Of a stretch of DNA of 64,000 bases, positions 40,836 to 52,531 are shown piece after piece. The notes beneath the pieces are model-generated. The model saw only the letters and a program-made list of their open reading frames with translations, did no database searches and was not told where the DNA came from. The stretch comes from Escherichia phage EcWhh-1. The position numbers and the translations under genes are program-made. The stretch's first letter is position 1. Every line of letters begins with the position of its first letter. Location: sequence record MH791409.1. One strand, 5' to 3'.

Positions 40836-41783
40836 TTAATAAAAATCAGCTACTGTAGCAGTTAGTTTAGACAAACCCGATTTAACGAAATAAGGATAAA
40901 CTTTAGATTTCGAAGGTTTGTTATACGTATTATATCTTTCAGTAATTAAAGCAACAATATCATCTGGAATAAAGTCCATATCAATTAAGATTTGGTTTTC
41001 ACAGAAACGTTCATATTGTTCCTCAGTAAGAAGTGTTTTAATTATATCATGGTCATAATAATTCAGAGCAATTGCTTCAAGTTCCTTAGCACGAGTGCTA
41101 GGAGTACGTTCACCTTCAACCATTGTCAACCAATAATCACCACGAACTTTAATACTTGCAACGTTATCCTTGCGGTCACCTTTAATAACCTTAGTCACAC
41201 AATCAAGCAGAGCATCACCAGATTTTGTTTTGACGAATTTTTTCTGCATTGGAGACCATTGTTTTACACCAGGGAATTTATGAAGTTGGGTAAAGTCACC
41301 ATCAGAAGAACCAATCATAACCGGATGGCCTTTAGCCGTAAGGATACGAGTCAACACAGCAATATGGTCATCGGCCTCGATTGTATCGATATTCATAACA
41401 ATATAAGGCATATTTTGTTCCAGTTCATCCACAATAATATGCATTGCAGTGAATAAGCCTTCCCAATCAAATGGTGATTCGTCACGTGCCTTAGCACGGT
41501 TTTTCTTATAATAAGAAGAATAACGACGACGCCAATAACCTGATTTAGAGTTATCAACACAAATGATTAGTTGGTTGTAACCTTGTTTTTTAAAGTCTTT
41601 AATGTTTTTCTTGATTGAATTCAAGACGAGATGTCGAAGCATTGCTGTTGTTACTTTAGGAAATCCAGCGTTTTCACCAAATTCTTGGAAGGCTGCCGCC
41701 ATAATGATTTGGCTGAAATCCAGGAGTAAAAATCCATCTTTTTGTTGGTCTTCTTCAGGAAGTAAAAAATCTAAATCGTTCAT
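40836..41783 (-). CDS. rnh: RNase H (FEN-1-type 5-prime nuclease)
   Basis: 315 aa; matches T4 RNase H (SGYWRR...YKKNR, EADDHIAVL, SSDGDFTQLHK). Confidence 0.88.
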   Translation of the reverse strand: MNDLDFLLPEEDQQKDGFLLLDFSQIIMAAAFQEFGENAGFPKVTTAMLRHLVLNSIKKNIKDFKKQGYNQLIICVDNSKSGYWRRRYSSYYKKNRAKARDESPFDWEGLFTAMHIIVDELEQNMPYIVMNIDTIEADDHIAVLTRILTAKGHPVMIGSSDGDFTQLHKFPGVKQWSPMQKKFVKTKSGDALLDCVTKVIKGDRKDNVASIKVRGDYWLTMVEGERTPSTRAKELEAIALNYYDHDIIKTLLTEEQYERFCENQILIDMDFIPDDIVALITERYNTYNKPSKSKVYPYFVKSGLSKLTATVADFY

Positions 41784-41799
41784 ATGAACCTCTGTCCAA

Positions 41800-41843
41800 T
41801 TAGTGTAGAAGGTTATTATATCATGGCCCTGGAAGAAGTAAAC
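41800..41843 (-). promoter_or_regulatory. early promoter with stem-loop upstream of rnh
   Basis: GTTTAC -35 then extended -10 on the - strand. Confidence 0.45.
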
Positions 41844-41850
41844 ACTTTGC

Positions 41851-41858
41851 TATAAATA
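41851..41858 (+). promoter_or_regulatory. late promoter TATAAATA for gene 34
   Basis: exact late consensus 33 nt upstream of the gp34 ATG. Confidence 0.6.
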
Positions 41859-41890
41859 GTTCTATACCCTGAAAACGAAAAGGAAATAAA

Positions 41891-44800
41891 ATGGCTGATA
41901 TTTTAAAACCTGCATTCCGTGCTACATCCGGACTCGATGCTGCGGGCGAGAAAGTTATCAATGTTGCCAAAGCCGATTACAATGTACTAGATGATGGCGT
42001 CAACGTTGAATTCTTTATAGATGAGAACACCATCCAGGCGTACGACGAGACGCGCGGATATAAGAAAGGGTTTGCAGTAATCCATGACCAACGTATTTGG
42101 GTTGCTCAACGTGATATCGCTGCACCAGCTGGAACTTTTGTACCTGGTTATTGGACCGCTACCCGTACTGACCCTAAATGGATTACAGTAGCATCTCCTA
42201 CACGCCAGCTGGCTTCCGGTGAATATATCGCAGTGGATTCTGCTGCTAGCTTTACTACATTTACCCTGCCTCCTAACCCTACTGATGGCGATACCGTCGT
42301 AATCAAGGATATCGGTGGCCGTGTAGGTTATAATGAAATCAAGGTTCAATCTAGTTCTGCTCCAGGCGGTGGTAATCAGAAAATTGTTCGATTTGGTAAC
42401 CAGTTCTCTGAAACTCTGATAACCAAACCTTTTTCTTATAACATGCTTATCTTTGCTAACCGCCTTTGGCATTTCTGGGAAGCCGGTAACGAAGAACGTG
42501 GTATTCGTGTAGAGCCTAACACTGCACAGTTCCAATCACAAGCAGGTGATAACGTTTTACGTCGTTATACTTCAGGTGCAGTAATTAAATTTACTCTTCC
42601 CAAGTATGCGAACCAAGGTGACATGGTTAAAACCGTAGATATCGATGGTCTTGGAAGTAAGTTCCACTTAATCGTTGAAACCTTTGATGCATCGTCTTCA
42701 TTAGGTAAGCCTGGCCAGCATAGCATGGAATTCCGTACCTCTGGTGATGGGTTCTTTGTTTATAACTCTGTTGAAAAAATGTGGTATGTTTGGGACGGCG
42801 ACCGCCAAACTCGTCTGCGTGTTATTCGTGATGACGTAGAACTTTTGGCTAACGAAAGTATTATTGTTTTTGGTGAGAACAATTCCACACCTCAAACAAT
42901 TAATATCACGTTACCTACCGGTGTAGCTATTGGTGATACTGTTAAGATTGCTCTGAACTATCTTCGTAAAGGCCAGACTGTAAATATCAAGGCAGTTACT
43001 GGTGATAAAATTGCATCTTCTGTTCAGTTGCTTCAGTTCCCTAAACGTTCGGAATATCCACCAGACACTGAATGGGTATTGGTTGATTCATTAACCTTTA
43101 ATGGTAATATCAGTTATACTCCGGTTATTGAGTTGAGTTATATCGAAGACCATGTAGAAGATAAAAACTATTGGGTTGTTGCTCAGAACGTTCCTACGGT
43201 AGAACGTGTGGATTCTAAGGATGATTTAACTCGTGCTCGTCTCGGTGTTATTGCCCTTGCGTCTCAGACCCAGGCAAACGTTGACCATGAAAATAATCCT
43301 GAAAAAGAACTTGCAATTACTCCGCAGACTTTAGCCAATCGTGTTGCCACTGAAACTCGTCGTGGTATTGCTCGTATTGCTACTACTGCTCAGGTGAACC
43401 AGGACACAACCTTCGCATTCCAGGACGATTTGATTATTTCTCCTAAGAAATTAAACGAACGTACTGCAACCGAAACTCGTCGTGGTGTAGCCGAAATTGC
43501 TACGCAACAGGAAACTGATTCCGGTGTTGACGATACCACCATTATTACTCCTAAGAAGCTACAGACGCGCCAGGGCACTGAAAGTCTTTCAGGTATTGTA
43601 AAATATACCTCTACGGTAGACACCACTCCTGCGACTGCTAGGGACACTGTAGGTACTAACGTTTATAATAAGAACGTAGGCAATTTGGTTATTTCTCCTA
43701 AAGCTTTAGACCAATATAAAGCTACTCAAGCCCAACAAGGTACGGTATATCTTTCTACCCAGTCAGAAGTTAATACCGGACAATCTGCTAGCGGATTTGC
43801 TAACAGTGCAGTTTCTCCTGAAACGTTGCATGCCCGTGTGGCTCTTGATACTCGTACAGGGTTAATTGAAATTGCTACGCAAGTAGAGACCGATACTGGA
43901 ACAGATTATACTCGTGCGGTAACGCCTAAAACGTTAAATGATAGGAAAGCTACGGAAGGATTGACTGGTATTGCTAGAATTGCAACCCAAGCAGAATTTG
44001 ATGCAGGCACGTTAGATAATGTTATTTCAACTCCGTTGAAAATTAAAACAAGACTTAATGATACTGCTAGAACTTCTGTCTCAGCAGCCAGTGGTTTGAT
44101 TGAATCAGGAACCTTATGGAACCATTATACACTAGATATTAGAGAAGCAAATGAGACCCAACGTGGTACCGCTCGTCTGGCTACCCAGACCGAAGTCAAT
44201 GTTGGCACCGATGACAAAACCATCATCACTCCTTTGAAATTACACTCTAAAAAATCTACTGAAAGTTCTGAAGGTATTATTCGTGTTGCAACGAATACCG
44301 AAACCACTGCAGGAACTTCTAAAGTTCTGGCTGTAAGCCCTTCTGGTTTAAAATATGTAGTACAGACCGAAACCACTTGGGAAGCTACTGCACTTCGTCG
44401 TGGATTTGTTAAATTGACCGAAGGTGCTTTGACTTACTCAGGAAATAAAGTTACCGGTTCTGGTGTTAAATTTAACTCAGGTACAGGCCTTTATGAGAAC
44501 GACGATACTGTTCTGAATGCAGCCAACTATCCTAAAACAGGTTATGCGGTTTCATCTTACGAGATGAATAAAACTTTACAGAACTTTTTACCTATAAATG
44601 CTACGGCTGTGAACTCTGAGAAATTGGATGGTCTGGATTCACTTCAGTTCATTCGTAGAGACGTCGACCAAACGGTTAATGGTTCTTTAACCCTGACCAA
44701 ACAATTGAACCTGGCAGCCCCTCTGGTGTCTTCTAGTACTGCTACATTTACGGATGTTACAGCTACTAATTCTACCTTTGGTACAGTGAACGTTGTTAAC

Positions 44801-45862
44801 GGAACCAATAAATGGAAAATAACATCTCCATCTACCGGAACTACATTAACGATTGGCGATACTACTAACGTATTGACATTAAACACTGCTACAGGTAATG
44901 TTGCTGCACTTAACAACCTTAGCGCTGGTAATGATGTTCAAGCCAAAAATAACTTTGTGTTAAATGGAAGAACTATCGCAACCACCACTGGTGAAGCTTC
45001 TGGTGCTACATTGACTTTAGGCGATAACTCACAGAATTTAGTGCTCAAAACTCTTGATGCTGGTAATATCATAGCAAATGGCGGTGGTGCATTTAAAGTT
45101 CTTACCGAGAAAAACGCAGTAGAAATTGTAGACAGAAACTTTGTTAACCAAGCAGGTGATACAATGTCCGGTGTACTCCGTGTGAATGCTCCGGTTCGTG
45201 TATTTGGTACTAAGCCTACATTAGCTTCTCAGGTTCCTACGGCAGAGACAGTTGGCTTCTGGTCTGTTGATATCAATGACGAGGCCACTTATAGTAAGTT
45301 CCCTGGGTATCATAGAATGATATTACGTCGTCATATAACTATTGATACAATTCAGACCAAGCCACCTTCGGTGACGGATGAAGTTTGGAAAGCCTCAGGC
45401 TGGTTGACGTTAGATGGAACTTTTAGTTCGCCTGAAATACATTATCTGAATGAGGATGGTACTGAAGGAGCCCCAGTTTTAGGCTCTAATGATGAAAAGC
45501 TTAGAGGCCAATGGTTTGATTTCTTTGATAGAGATAAAAACGAAATTAAATACCCTGGTACGTTAACCCAGTTTGGTAATACATTGGATTCGTGTTATCA
45601 AGATTGGATTTGTTATCCTGTAGGTTTGAATGGTGGTACCATTCGTTATACCCGTACTTGGCAGAAAAATAAAAATGAGTGGACGGATTTTGCTATGGTT
45701 TATACAGCAGCTAACCCGCCTACAGCCAATGACGTTGGTGCTTTACCTGCAGATAATGCCACCATGAAAAACATTACAATCCTTGATTGGTTACGTATTG
45801 GTAATGTTCGTATTATCCCTGACCCAGTCACTAAATCCGTTAAGTTTGAGTGGATTGAATAA
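41891..45862 (+). CDS. 34: long tail fibre proximal subunit gp34
   Basis: 1323 aa (T4 1289 aa), repetitive beta-rich; synteny 34-35-36-37. Confidence 0.88.
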   Translation: MADILKPAFRATSGLDAAGEKVINVAKADYNVLDDGVNVEFFIDENTIQAYDETRGYKKGFAVIHDQRIWVAQRDIAAPAGTFVPGYWTATRTDPKWITVASPTRQLASGEYIAVDSAASFTTFTLPPNPTDGDTVVIKDIGGRVGYNEIKVQSSSAPGGGNQKIVRFGNQFSETLITKPFSYNMLIFANRLWHFWEAGNEERGIRVEPNTAQFQSQAGDNVLRRYTSGAVIKFTLPKYANQGDMVKTVDIDGLGSKFHLIVETFDASSSLGKPGQHSMEFRTSGDGFFVYNSVEKMWYVWDGDRQTRLRVIRDDVELLANESIIVFGENNSTPQTINITLPTGVAIGDTVKIALNYLRKGQTVNIKAVTGDKIASSVQLLQFPKRSEYPPDTEWVLVDSLTFNGNISYTPVIELSYIEDHVEDKNYWVVAQNVPTVERVDSKDDLTRARLGVIALASQTQANVDHENNPEKELAITPQTLANRVATETRRGIARIATTAQVNQDTTFAFQDDLIISPKKLNERTATETRRGVAEIATQQETDSGVDDTTIITPKKLQTRQGTESLSGIVKYTSTVDTTPATARDTVGTNVYNKNVGNLVISPKALDQYKATQAQQGTVYLSTQSEVNTGQSASGFANSAVSPETLHARVALDTRTGLIEIATQVETDTGTDYTRAVTPKTLNDRKATEGLTGIARIATQAEFDAGTLDNVISTPLKIKTRLNDTARTSVSAASGLIESGTLWNHYTLDIREANETQRGTARLATQTEVNVGTDDKTIITPLKLHSKKSTESSEGIIRVATNTETTAGTSKVLAVSPSGLKYVVQTETTWEATALRRGFVKLTEGALTYSGNKVTGSGVKFNSGTGLYENDDTVLNAANYPKTGYAVSSYEMNKTLQNFLPINATAVNSEKLDGLDSLQFIRRDVDQTVNGSLTLTKQLNLAAPLVSSSTATFTDVTATNSTFGTVNVVNGTNKWKITSPSTGTTLTIGDTTNVLTLNTATGNVAALNNLSAGNDVQAKNNFVLNGRTIATTTGEASGATLTLGDNSQNLVLKTLDAGNIIANGGGAFKVLTEKNAVEIVDRNFVNQAGDTMSGVLRVNAPVRVFGTKPTLASQVPTAETVGFWSVDINDEATYSKFPGYHRMILRRHITIDTIQTKPPSVTDEVWKASGWLTLDGTFSSPEIHYLNEDGTEGAPVLGSNDEKLRGQWFDFFDRDKNEIKYPGTLTQFGNTLDSCYQDWICYPVGLNGGTIRYTRTWQKNKNEWTDFAMVYTAANPPTANDVGALPADNATMKNITILDWLRIGNVRIIPDPVTKSVKFEWIE

Positions 45863-45870
45863 GAGGTATT

Positions 45871-46992
45871 ATGGAAAGATTTATGGCAGAATTTGGACAA
45901 GGATATGTCCAGGTTCCTACATTATCTGAAAACAATGCTGTAAGGTATAAACTTAGTATAGCAGGTAGTTGTACTAAGTCTACCACAAAAGCATATGTTA
46001 AATTTCAAGATGGGGACTTTGGTCCCCAGAATTTTCAAAATGGACTAAACCTTATAGAAATTGATGTTAGTGCCGAACCTAAAGTGGTGGCTAACAAAAC
46101 TTATAGCTTTACAAAAGATTTTGATGTTATCTCTGAAGCTTTTATTACTTACATAAGTTCAATACCGGCCAATAGAATAGTTTGTTTAGTATCTTCCGGT
46201 AGATTAAATGCTTCGCAAAATCTTATTGATTGGTTCCGTGCAGCAGGAAGTACCGCATTTCCATCTAAATGGCTAATAGACCGCTTCGAGCCGTCTTATT
46301 CGGCCTTTTACGTGTCTGGTAGAAATACTATAGTGATGGAACATGTCCTTTATAATGACGGGGTGTTTGTTGAAGATGTTTCTACCCCGTTAGAAGTTGT
46401 TTTTGACGATATCAGTGATGTTGGCGGCACCGGGTATCCTATAAGAATAGTGGAAGATGAAAACACTTATCTAAGTAATGATGGAGAGGAAATAAAACGT
46501 TTCCCTACTGAATCTCCTACTACTCCTTGCGCCGATTATAATATGAAGCCTGGAGAATTCTTTTATCTTAAATTCCAAATGATGTGTGACCAGGAATTAA
46601 AAGATTTAGGGACCTCTCAGATGTCTGTTAGATTTTTTAATGCCTCAGGTGCTTTAACAGGGTCGGTTAATATGGAAGTTCCACCTAATGTCCCTGCTGG
46701 GTCTTGGATGACTTTTGAGCGGGTAATTGAAGTTCCTGCTAATACTGAAACATTTACATTGTATGCAAGAAAAACAGTGGCCGATGGAGTCGGTGGTGTA
46801 CGTAATGTGATGTTCGGGGAAGTATCAGAGCCAGAATCTCAACCTAAATTGGCCGAATTTGGTGTAAATGGTATTCGTATGAATTTCGGTACCGAAACAA
46901 AGAATATGGGTACTACCATAGCCCAGTTATACGATAAAACAGGTACTAAACCAGGACAGGTTTGGGTGTCTGAATTTAGAGAAAAATATTAA
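45871..46992 (+). CDS. 35: long tail fibre hinge connector gp35
   Basis: 373 aa (T4 372 aa); synteny. Confidence 0.8.
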   Translation: MERFMAEFGQGYVQVPTLSENNAVRYKLSIAGSCTKSTTKAYVKFQDGDFGPQNFQNGLNLIEIDVSAEPKVVANKTYSFTKDFDVISEAFITYISSIPANRIVCLVSSGRLNASQNLIDWFRAAGSTAFPSKWLIDRFEPSYSAFYVSGRNTIVMEHVLYNDGVFVEDVSTPLEVVFDDISDVGGTGYPIRIVEDENTYLSNDGEEIKRFPTESPTTPCADYNMKPGEFFYLKFQMMCDQELKDLGTSQMSVRFFNASGALTGSVNMEVPPNVPAGSWMTFERVIEVPANTETFTLYARKTVADGVGGVRNVMFGEVSEPESQPKLAEFGVNGIRMNFGTETKNMGTTIAQLYDKTGTKPGQVWVSEFREKY

Positions 46993-47008
46993 GGAACCTT
47001 CGGGTTCC
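46993..47008 (+). terminator. hairpin GGAACC-TTCG-GGTTCC after gene 35
   Basis: UUCG tetraloop hairpin then T-run; the same hairpin occurs inverted at 55284-55299. Confidence 0.65.
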
Positions 47009-47068
47009 TTTTTCGTTTTCTACGGCCATAAATATATAAAAGGCTATAACTCCCAAAGGAAACTCAAA

Positions 47069-47716
47069 ATGGCAGATTTAAAATTAGGTTCTACAGCAGG
47101 AGGTTCGGTATTATGGCACCAAGGTAATTTCCCCTTAACGCCTGTATCAAATGACCTTCTTTACAAAACATATAAAGTTTACACCGAGTATAATAAACCT
47201 CAAGCAGTTGATAACGATTTCGTTTCAAAAGCTAACGGCGGTAATTATAAGAACAACGTGTATTTTGAAAAAGGTTTGACCTTTAATGATACTAATGGAT
47301 ATGGTATTAAATTAGGAGCAAGAACCGGCGGGGCTCCGTTCACAGCTTCTTTCCGTATTAAAGGTGCTTTTGGATATGAAACGGAAGATGGTACTCCGTT
47401 TGTGATATTTGACCCAAGTAAAGTAGTGGGTGCTAAACGTCTTACCGTAATGGGTGATTCATTATTCCGCCAAGTATATGATGAATCGGGCCGCGTATTC
47501 AGCCCTGGCAACACCCCTACTAAGGCCCAAGTTGGATTGTCATTAGTAGATAACGCAAAACAGGTCCAAATAAATAATACTGACATGCAAATAATGGATG
47601 GAGTGCTAGCGGCTCCTAACTTTATTTCACGGAATCCGGCCTCTGGTGCAGGACACGTTCCTCGCTTTGACCAGATTGTTCAAAAAGATTCTATTCAAGA
47701 TTTTGGTTATTATTAA
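47069..47716 (+). CDS. 36: long tail fibre distal subunit connector gp36
   Basis: 215 aa (T4 221 aa); synteny. Confidence 0.8.
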   Translation: MADLKLGSTAGGSVLWHQGNFPLTPVSNDLLYKTYKVYTEYNKPQAVDNDFVSKANGGNYKNNVYFEKGLTFNDTNGYGIKLGARTGGAPFTASFRIKGAFGYETEDGTPFVIFDPSKVVGAKRLTVMGDSLFRQVYDESGRVFSPGNTPTKAQVGLSLVDNAKQVQINNTDMQIMDGVLAAPNFISRNPASGAGHVPRFDQIVQKDSIQDFGYY

Positions 47717-47724
47717 GAGGCATT

Positions 47725-50700
47725 ATGGCTACTTTAAAACAGATACAATTTAAAAGAAGTAAAGTAGCTGGTGTACGTCCTACGCCAGCGCAGTTGGCTG
47801 AAGGCGAGCTGGCTATTAACTTAAAAGACCGTTTGTTATTTACCAAAGATGACACTGGAGCGATTATCGACCTTGGCTTTGCTAAAGGTGGTAATATCGA
47901 CGGAAACGTTATTCATAACGGTAACTACAACCAGACCGGCGATTATGCCCTGAAGGGTGCTTTTACCCAAACAGGTAGTTATACGACATCCGGAAGTATA
48001 ACAGCAAATGGCGATATCACAGCAAAATCTCGCCTAATGACAGATAACGGTGAAGTTCTTGTACGGGGTGCAGGAACTACCCACGTTCGATTCCAGGATT
48101 TGGCTGATGCGCGTGAAAGAGGCATAATTTATTCTCAAAACCGTGCTGGGGATACCAAGCAAATCTTAAATGTTCGTGTTCAGGATTACACTAATTCAAC
48201 ATCTAATATTTTTGCATTCAACGGTGACGGTTTATTTTATGCTCCATCTATTTCTGGTGGAACATCGGTAAAATCTCCAATAATTTATACTAATAAAGTT
48301 ATTACCGACGGTAAAGCCGCCGGCGATTACGATATATCTTCATTATCAAATAACACTCCATTGGCAGAAAGCGAAACGGCTATTAACCACCTCCGTGTTA
48401 TGCGAAATGCTGTAGGAGCAGGTATTTTCCACGAAGTTAATGTTAATGACGGAATAGCCTGGTATTCCGGAGATGGCTTAGACACTTATCTTTGGTCGTT
48501 TACCTGGTCCGGTGGATTGAAAGCCGGTCATTCTATTTCTGTAGGTCTTCCAGGTGGCCCTAAAGGATATTCTGAATTAGGGACGGCTTCAATTGCTCTT
48601 GGTGACAATAACACAGGTTTGAAATGGAAACAAGACGGCCAGTTCCATACAGTTAATAATGGAGCTTATACTTTACTTACAACTCCGACTGAAGTTACAA
48701 GCCTTAAACAGTTAGTTGCTGGTTATTCAACCAACGGTTCTGATTTAATTCTTCCTACAGCTCAAAACTATCCATTAGTTATTGTTAATACTACTAATGA
48801 TAAAAACGGCTTTGGTGATGGACAGACTCTTTTAGGTTATCATCAGAGTGGTAAATACCACCATTATTTCCGTGGTAAAGGTGTAACAAACGTTAACACT
48901 GATGGTGGGTTGTTGGTTACTCCTGGTAACGTTGAAGTCCGTGGTGGTTCGGTTAATATTGACGGTCGTGGTAACGCTTCCACTGTGATTTTTAAAGGAA
49001 GTACCACAGGATATAGTTCAGTTGATAATATAGAGCTCAAAGGTTGGGGTGACACTTTTAATACGGTAGGTGGTTCTCGTAAAAACGTATTGGAAACATC
49101 TGATGCTACCGGCTGGATGCACTATATTCAACGAACTACAGCAGGTAAAGTCGAATCTTATTTAAACGGCACGATGAACATCGTCGAAGGATTGTCTGTC
49201 AGTCAAGATACATCCTTAAAACGCAATCTGTATGTTTCCAATGAAATTAAAGTCCGCGCTGCTAGTGGTCTTCGTATTTGGAATGATAAGTATGGTGTTA
49301 TTTTTCGAAATTCAGAAGACCAGCTGCATATTATCCCAACCAATGCTAATGCTGGTGAAAGTGGCGGATTGGGTCCATTACGCCCATTAAGTATTATGTT
49401 AGACACTGGTCGGGTTAAAATCCCTAACTTAGAAGCTAAGCAGGTTTCAGGTGTATTGGAATTCATCACCACTCACGGCTCCTCTTATGCCAACCAGAAT
49501 ACGACTAAAGCCCCGTTGTATCAAACATTAGATTCTGCGTCTGCTCAAGCATTCTATCCTATTACTAAGCAGAAAAATACTGTTTCGAATGTAACTGTTA
49601 CTCAAGGTATGGACCGAACTACAAGTGAATACCGAATTGTTGCTCAAGGTGATTTGCTTGATGATGGTGATGATACAGGATTAAAATATTGGCGCTTTAC
49701 CAAAGAAGGTAACTTCATGGCTCAGAACCGCTTATATGCCGGTACAGCTTTCATGGATACCGAGGGTAATATTGTTGGTTCTATTTGGAACAAGTATAGC
49801 GGTGCTACTAACCTTGACGCAGCGGTGAATACTCGTGTTGGTAAAGGCGGGGACACAATGACAGGCCGCTTAACTCTTAAAACCAATTCAGACGCTATTG
49901 TTATTGATTATCCGGCAGATGAAGCGGGTTATGTTAAGGGTAAAAAAGGTGGTGTTGATAACTGGTATATAGGTAATGGTGGTGCTGATAACGGTTTAGC
50001 CTTCTGGAGCTTCCAATCCCAAGGTGGTATCAATATTAACCCGAATGGCGAGGTTATTTTATCTCCACAAGGTGCTTCAGTATTCAATGTAAACCGAGAC
50101 CGTATTTATATGAACGGTTCCAACTGGATTGCACATAAATCTGGTGCATGGGGTGACCAATGGGGTTTAGAAGCACCTTATTTCCTTGAGTTTGGTAGTG
50201 TGGGTGAAGACAGTTATTATCCTATTATTAAAGGTAAATCAGTAATTACTGGTCAAGGATATACTACTTCTGTTGAGCTTGGTATTAGACGTACACCTCA
50301 AGCATGGGGACAAGCGATAATTCGTGTAGGTAATGCCGAGCGCGGCGACGGTCCTGTAGGTATTTTCGAATTCCATTCTAGCGGACTATTCTACAGCCCT
50401 ACTATGGTTCAAACTCCTGCAATCGGTGTTGGTACTGTTAACGGATTAGGTGCTCCTAGTATTGCAATTGGTGATAATGATACAGGCTTATCACACGGTG
50501 GTGACGGCCGAATCAATATGGTTGCCAATGGGATTCATATTGCGTCATGGTCCAGCTCATACCATATCCATCAAGGTCTTTGGGATACCACTGGCGCTTT
50601 ATGGACTGAGCAAGGAAGAGCTATTATGTCTTATGGTCATCTTGTTCAGGCAAACGACAGCTATTCTACATATGTCCGTGACGTTTATGTCCGTTCTGAT

Positions 50701-51030
50701 ATTCGTGTTAAAAAGGACCTCGTTAAATTTGAAAATGCTTCTGATAAGCTTTCTAAAATTAACGGTTACACTTATATGCAGAAACGTGGAATGGACGAAG
50801 AAGGTAATCAGAAATGGGAACCTAACGCTGGTTTAATTGCTCAAGAAGTTCAAGCTATTTTACCAGAATTAGTTGAAGGTGACCCTGACGGTGAAGCTTT
50901 ACTTCGTTTGAACTACAACGGTGTAATTGGTTTAAATACAGCTGCAATCAACGAGCATACTGCAGAAATTGCAGAACTCAAATCAGAGATTGAAGAGCTT
51001 AAAAAATTGGTTAAATCATTGTTGAAATAA
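47725..51030 (+). CDS. 37: long tail fibre distal subunit gp37 with C-terminal intramolecular chaperone domain
   Basis: 1101 aa; C-terminus (SDIRVKKDL...[17 protein letters not shown]...[19 protein letters not shown] + coiled coil) resembles auto-cleaving tail-spike chaperone domains. Confidence 0.85.
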   Translation: MATLKQIQFKRSKVAGVRPTPAQLAEGELAINLKDRLLFTKDDTGAIIDLGFAKGGNIDGNVIHNGNYNQTGDYALKGAFTQTGSYTTSGSITANGDITAKSRLMTDNGEVLVRGAGTTHVRFQDLADARERGIIYSQNRAGDTKQILNVRVQDYTNSTSNIFAFNGDGLFYAPSISGGTSVKSPIIYTNKVITDGKAAGDYDISSLSNNTPLAESETAINHLRVMRNAVGAGIFHEVNVNDGIAWYSGDGLDTYLWSFTWSGGLKAGHSISVGLPGGPKGYSELGTASIALGDNNTGLKWKQDGQFHTVNNGAYTLLTTPTEVTSLKQLVAGYSTNGSDLILPTAQNYPLVIVNTTNDKNGFGDGQTLLGYHQSGKYHHYFRGKGVTNVNTDGGLLVTPGNVEVRGGSVNIDGRGNASTVIFKGSTTGYSSVDNIELKGWGDTFNTVGGSRKNVLETSDATGWMHYIQRTTAGKVESYLNGTMNIVEGLSVSQDTSLKRNLYVSNEIKVRAASGLRIWNDKYGVIFRNSEDQLHIIPTNANAGESGGLGPLRPLSIMLDTGRVKIPNLEAKQVSGVLEFITTHGSSYANQNTTKAPLYQTLDSASAQAFYPITKQKNTVSNVTVTQGMDRTTSEYRIVAQGDLLDDGDDTGLKYWRFTKEGNFMAQNRLYAGTAFMDTEGNIVGSIWNKYSGATNLDAAVNTRVGKGGDTMTGRLTLKTNSDAIVIDYPADEAGYVKGKKGGVDNWYIGNGGADNGLAFWSFQSQGGININPNGEVILSPQGASVFNVNRDRIYMNGSNWIAHKSGAWGDQWGLEAPYFLEFGSVGEDSYYPIIKGKSVITGQGYTTSVELGIRRTPQAWGQAIIRVGNAERGDGPVGIFEFHSSGLFYSPTMVQTPAIGVGTVNGLGAPSIAIGDNDTGLSHGGDGRINMVANGIHIASWSSSYHIHQGLWDTTGALWTEQGRAIMSYGHLVQANDSYSTYVRDVYVRSDIRVKKDLVKFENASDKLSKINGYTYMQKRGMDEEGNQKWEPNAGLIAQEVQAILPELVEGDPDGEALLRLNYNGVIGLNTAAINEHTAEIAELKSEIEELKKLVKSLLK

Positions 51031-51035
51031 TAAGA

Positions 51036-51049
51036 GGGGCTTAGGCCCC
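51036..51049 (+). terminator. hairpin GGGGC-TTAG-GCCCC between 37 and 38
   Basis: GC stem-loop immediately after the gp37 stop. Confidence 0.45.
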
Positions 51050-51061
51050 TTGGAGGTTTAT

Positions 51062-51835
51062 ATGGCAGTTGAAGGACCGTGGGTAGGATGGTCTGCAAGG
51101 GTACAAACTGGAGACCCTTGGATGGCAGGAGCAGCCGTAAGATTAAGAATGGGTGTTCCGTTTTGGATGAGTAATATGATAGGTCGATCTGTTGAAGTAA
51201 TTCACACACTTGGGGCAGATCATAACTTTAACGGACAATGGTTTAGAGACCGTTGTTTTGAAGCCGGTGGTGCTCCTATCGTGTTTAACATAACTGGGGA
51301 CTTAGTATCTTATACTAAAGACGTTCCATTATTCTTTATGTATGGAGATACCCCTAACGAATATGTTACTTTGAATATTCATGGTGGTGTTCATATGTGG
51401 GGCCGAGGTGGCAACGGTACAGTAAATGGAAACCCAGGCACTAATGGTGGTGACGTAATCCAAAATGATATTGGTGGACGACTTCGCATTTGGAATTATG
51501 GTGTGATAGCCTCCGGTGGTGGCGGCGGCGGTGGCGTATCATTACAGAATAGTTGGCCTGCAAATTCTACAGCAGGTGGTGGAGGCGGCAGACCATTTGG
51601 TCTCGGCGGCGGTGGTGTTAATTGGCCAGGCGGCAATGCTAGTTATGTTGGTCCAGGTGGCGGTGGTAATGCAAGCCAATTTGGCGGTGGCAATGGTGGT
51701 GATGCTGGAGGTTGGGGCGGAGATGGATGGGGTAAAAACTTATCCAGGTCAGGTGGTGGTGCTCCTGGTAGAGCAGTATTCGGTTCCTCCCCATCATGGG
51801 GCGCTACAGGCACTATCTACGGCTCTTGGTTATAA
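51062..51835 (+). CDS. 38: T2-type tail fibre adhesin gp38 with polyglycine-rich motifs
   Basis: C-terminal half has GGGGGGG, GGGGG and GGGG runs separated by short variable segments; ATG (MAVEG) with GGAGG RBS. Confidence 0.85.
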   Translation: MAVEGPWVGWSARVQTGDPWMAGAAVRLRMGVPFWMSNMIGRSVEVIHTLGADHNFNGQWFRDRCFEAGGAPIVFNITGDLVSYTKDVPLFFMYGDTPNEYVTLNIHGGVHMWGRGGNGTVNGNPGTNGGDVIQNDIGGRLRIWNYGVIASGGGGGGGVSLQNSWPANSTAGGGGGRPFGLGGGGVNWPGGNASYVGPGGGGNASQFGGGNGGDAGGWGGDGWGKNLSRSGGGAPGRAVFGSSPSWGATGTIYGSWL

Positions 51836-51851
51836 TACGAAAGTATTAAAT

Positions 51852-51859
51852 TATAAATA
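51852..51859 (+). promoter_or_regulatory. late promoter TATAAATA for holin t
   Basis: exact late consensus 19 nt upstream of the t ATG. Confidence 0.6.
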
Positions 51860-51877
51860 TCTTTAAAGGAGAAAAGT

Positions 51878-52531
51878 ATGGAACCAAAAGTAGGATTTTC
51901 ATTATCAGACCTACTTTTTGGACTTCTTGATAGAATTTTTAAAGATACTTCTTCCGGGAAAGTAGTTTTTTCCCGGGTCCTAGTCGTAATATTATTGTTC
52001 TTTATGGCATTAGTTTGGTATAAAGGCGAGTATATTCTAAACTTTTATAAAGAGACAACTTATGCCTCTTATACTGAAATGATTAGACAAGACCAGGACA
52101 ATAGATTTAAAATTGCGGCTATCGAGCAGCTCCGAATAGTGCATTCTTCTTCAGGCGCAGACTTCACAGCAATATATTCTTTTAGACCAACCAACATGAA
52201 TTATTTTGTGGACATGGTTGCTTATGAGGGTAAATTACCGGAAACGGTAGACGCAAAAAATACGGGAGGGTTTCCAATTGACAAAACGTCAGTAGAATAT
52301 ATGGCGGGAGTTAACGGGAACTATTTTGAATCAAGTACCGAAACTGTATTCCTTCCTACAAAGAAGAAAACACAATTCACGTATATGTTTTCATGCCCGT
52401 TTTTTAATTTGGATAACATCTATGCCGGCTCGATATCATTATATTGGTATGATATCAAACCGGATTTAGGATTTCCTAGACTTTCGTCTATGTGTGGTCA
52501 GGCTGGGAGAACATTAGGTCGAACTCGTTAA
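51878..52531 (+). CDS. t: holin T
   Basis: 217 aa (T4 218 aa); matches T4 T as recalled (N-terminal TM, FNLDNIYAG). Confidence 0.9.
   Translation: MEPKVGFSLSDLLFGLLDRIFKDTSSGKVVFSRVLVVILLFFMALVWYKGEYILNFYKETTYASYTEMIRQDQDNRFKIAAIEQLRIVHSSSGADFTAIYSFRPTNMNYFVDMVAYEGKLPETVDAKNTGGFPIDKTSVEYMAGVNGNYFESSTETVFLPTKKKTQFTYMFSCPFFNLDNIYAGSISLYWYDIKPDLGFPRLSSMCGQAGRTLGRTR

Noticed and set aside
51480-51780. Short GGTGGCGGC-type nucleotide repeats
   Set aside because: They are the glycine-run coding sequence of gp38, not a CRISPR array or a non-coding tandem repeat.
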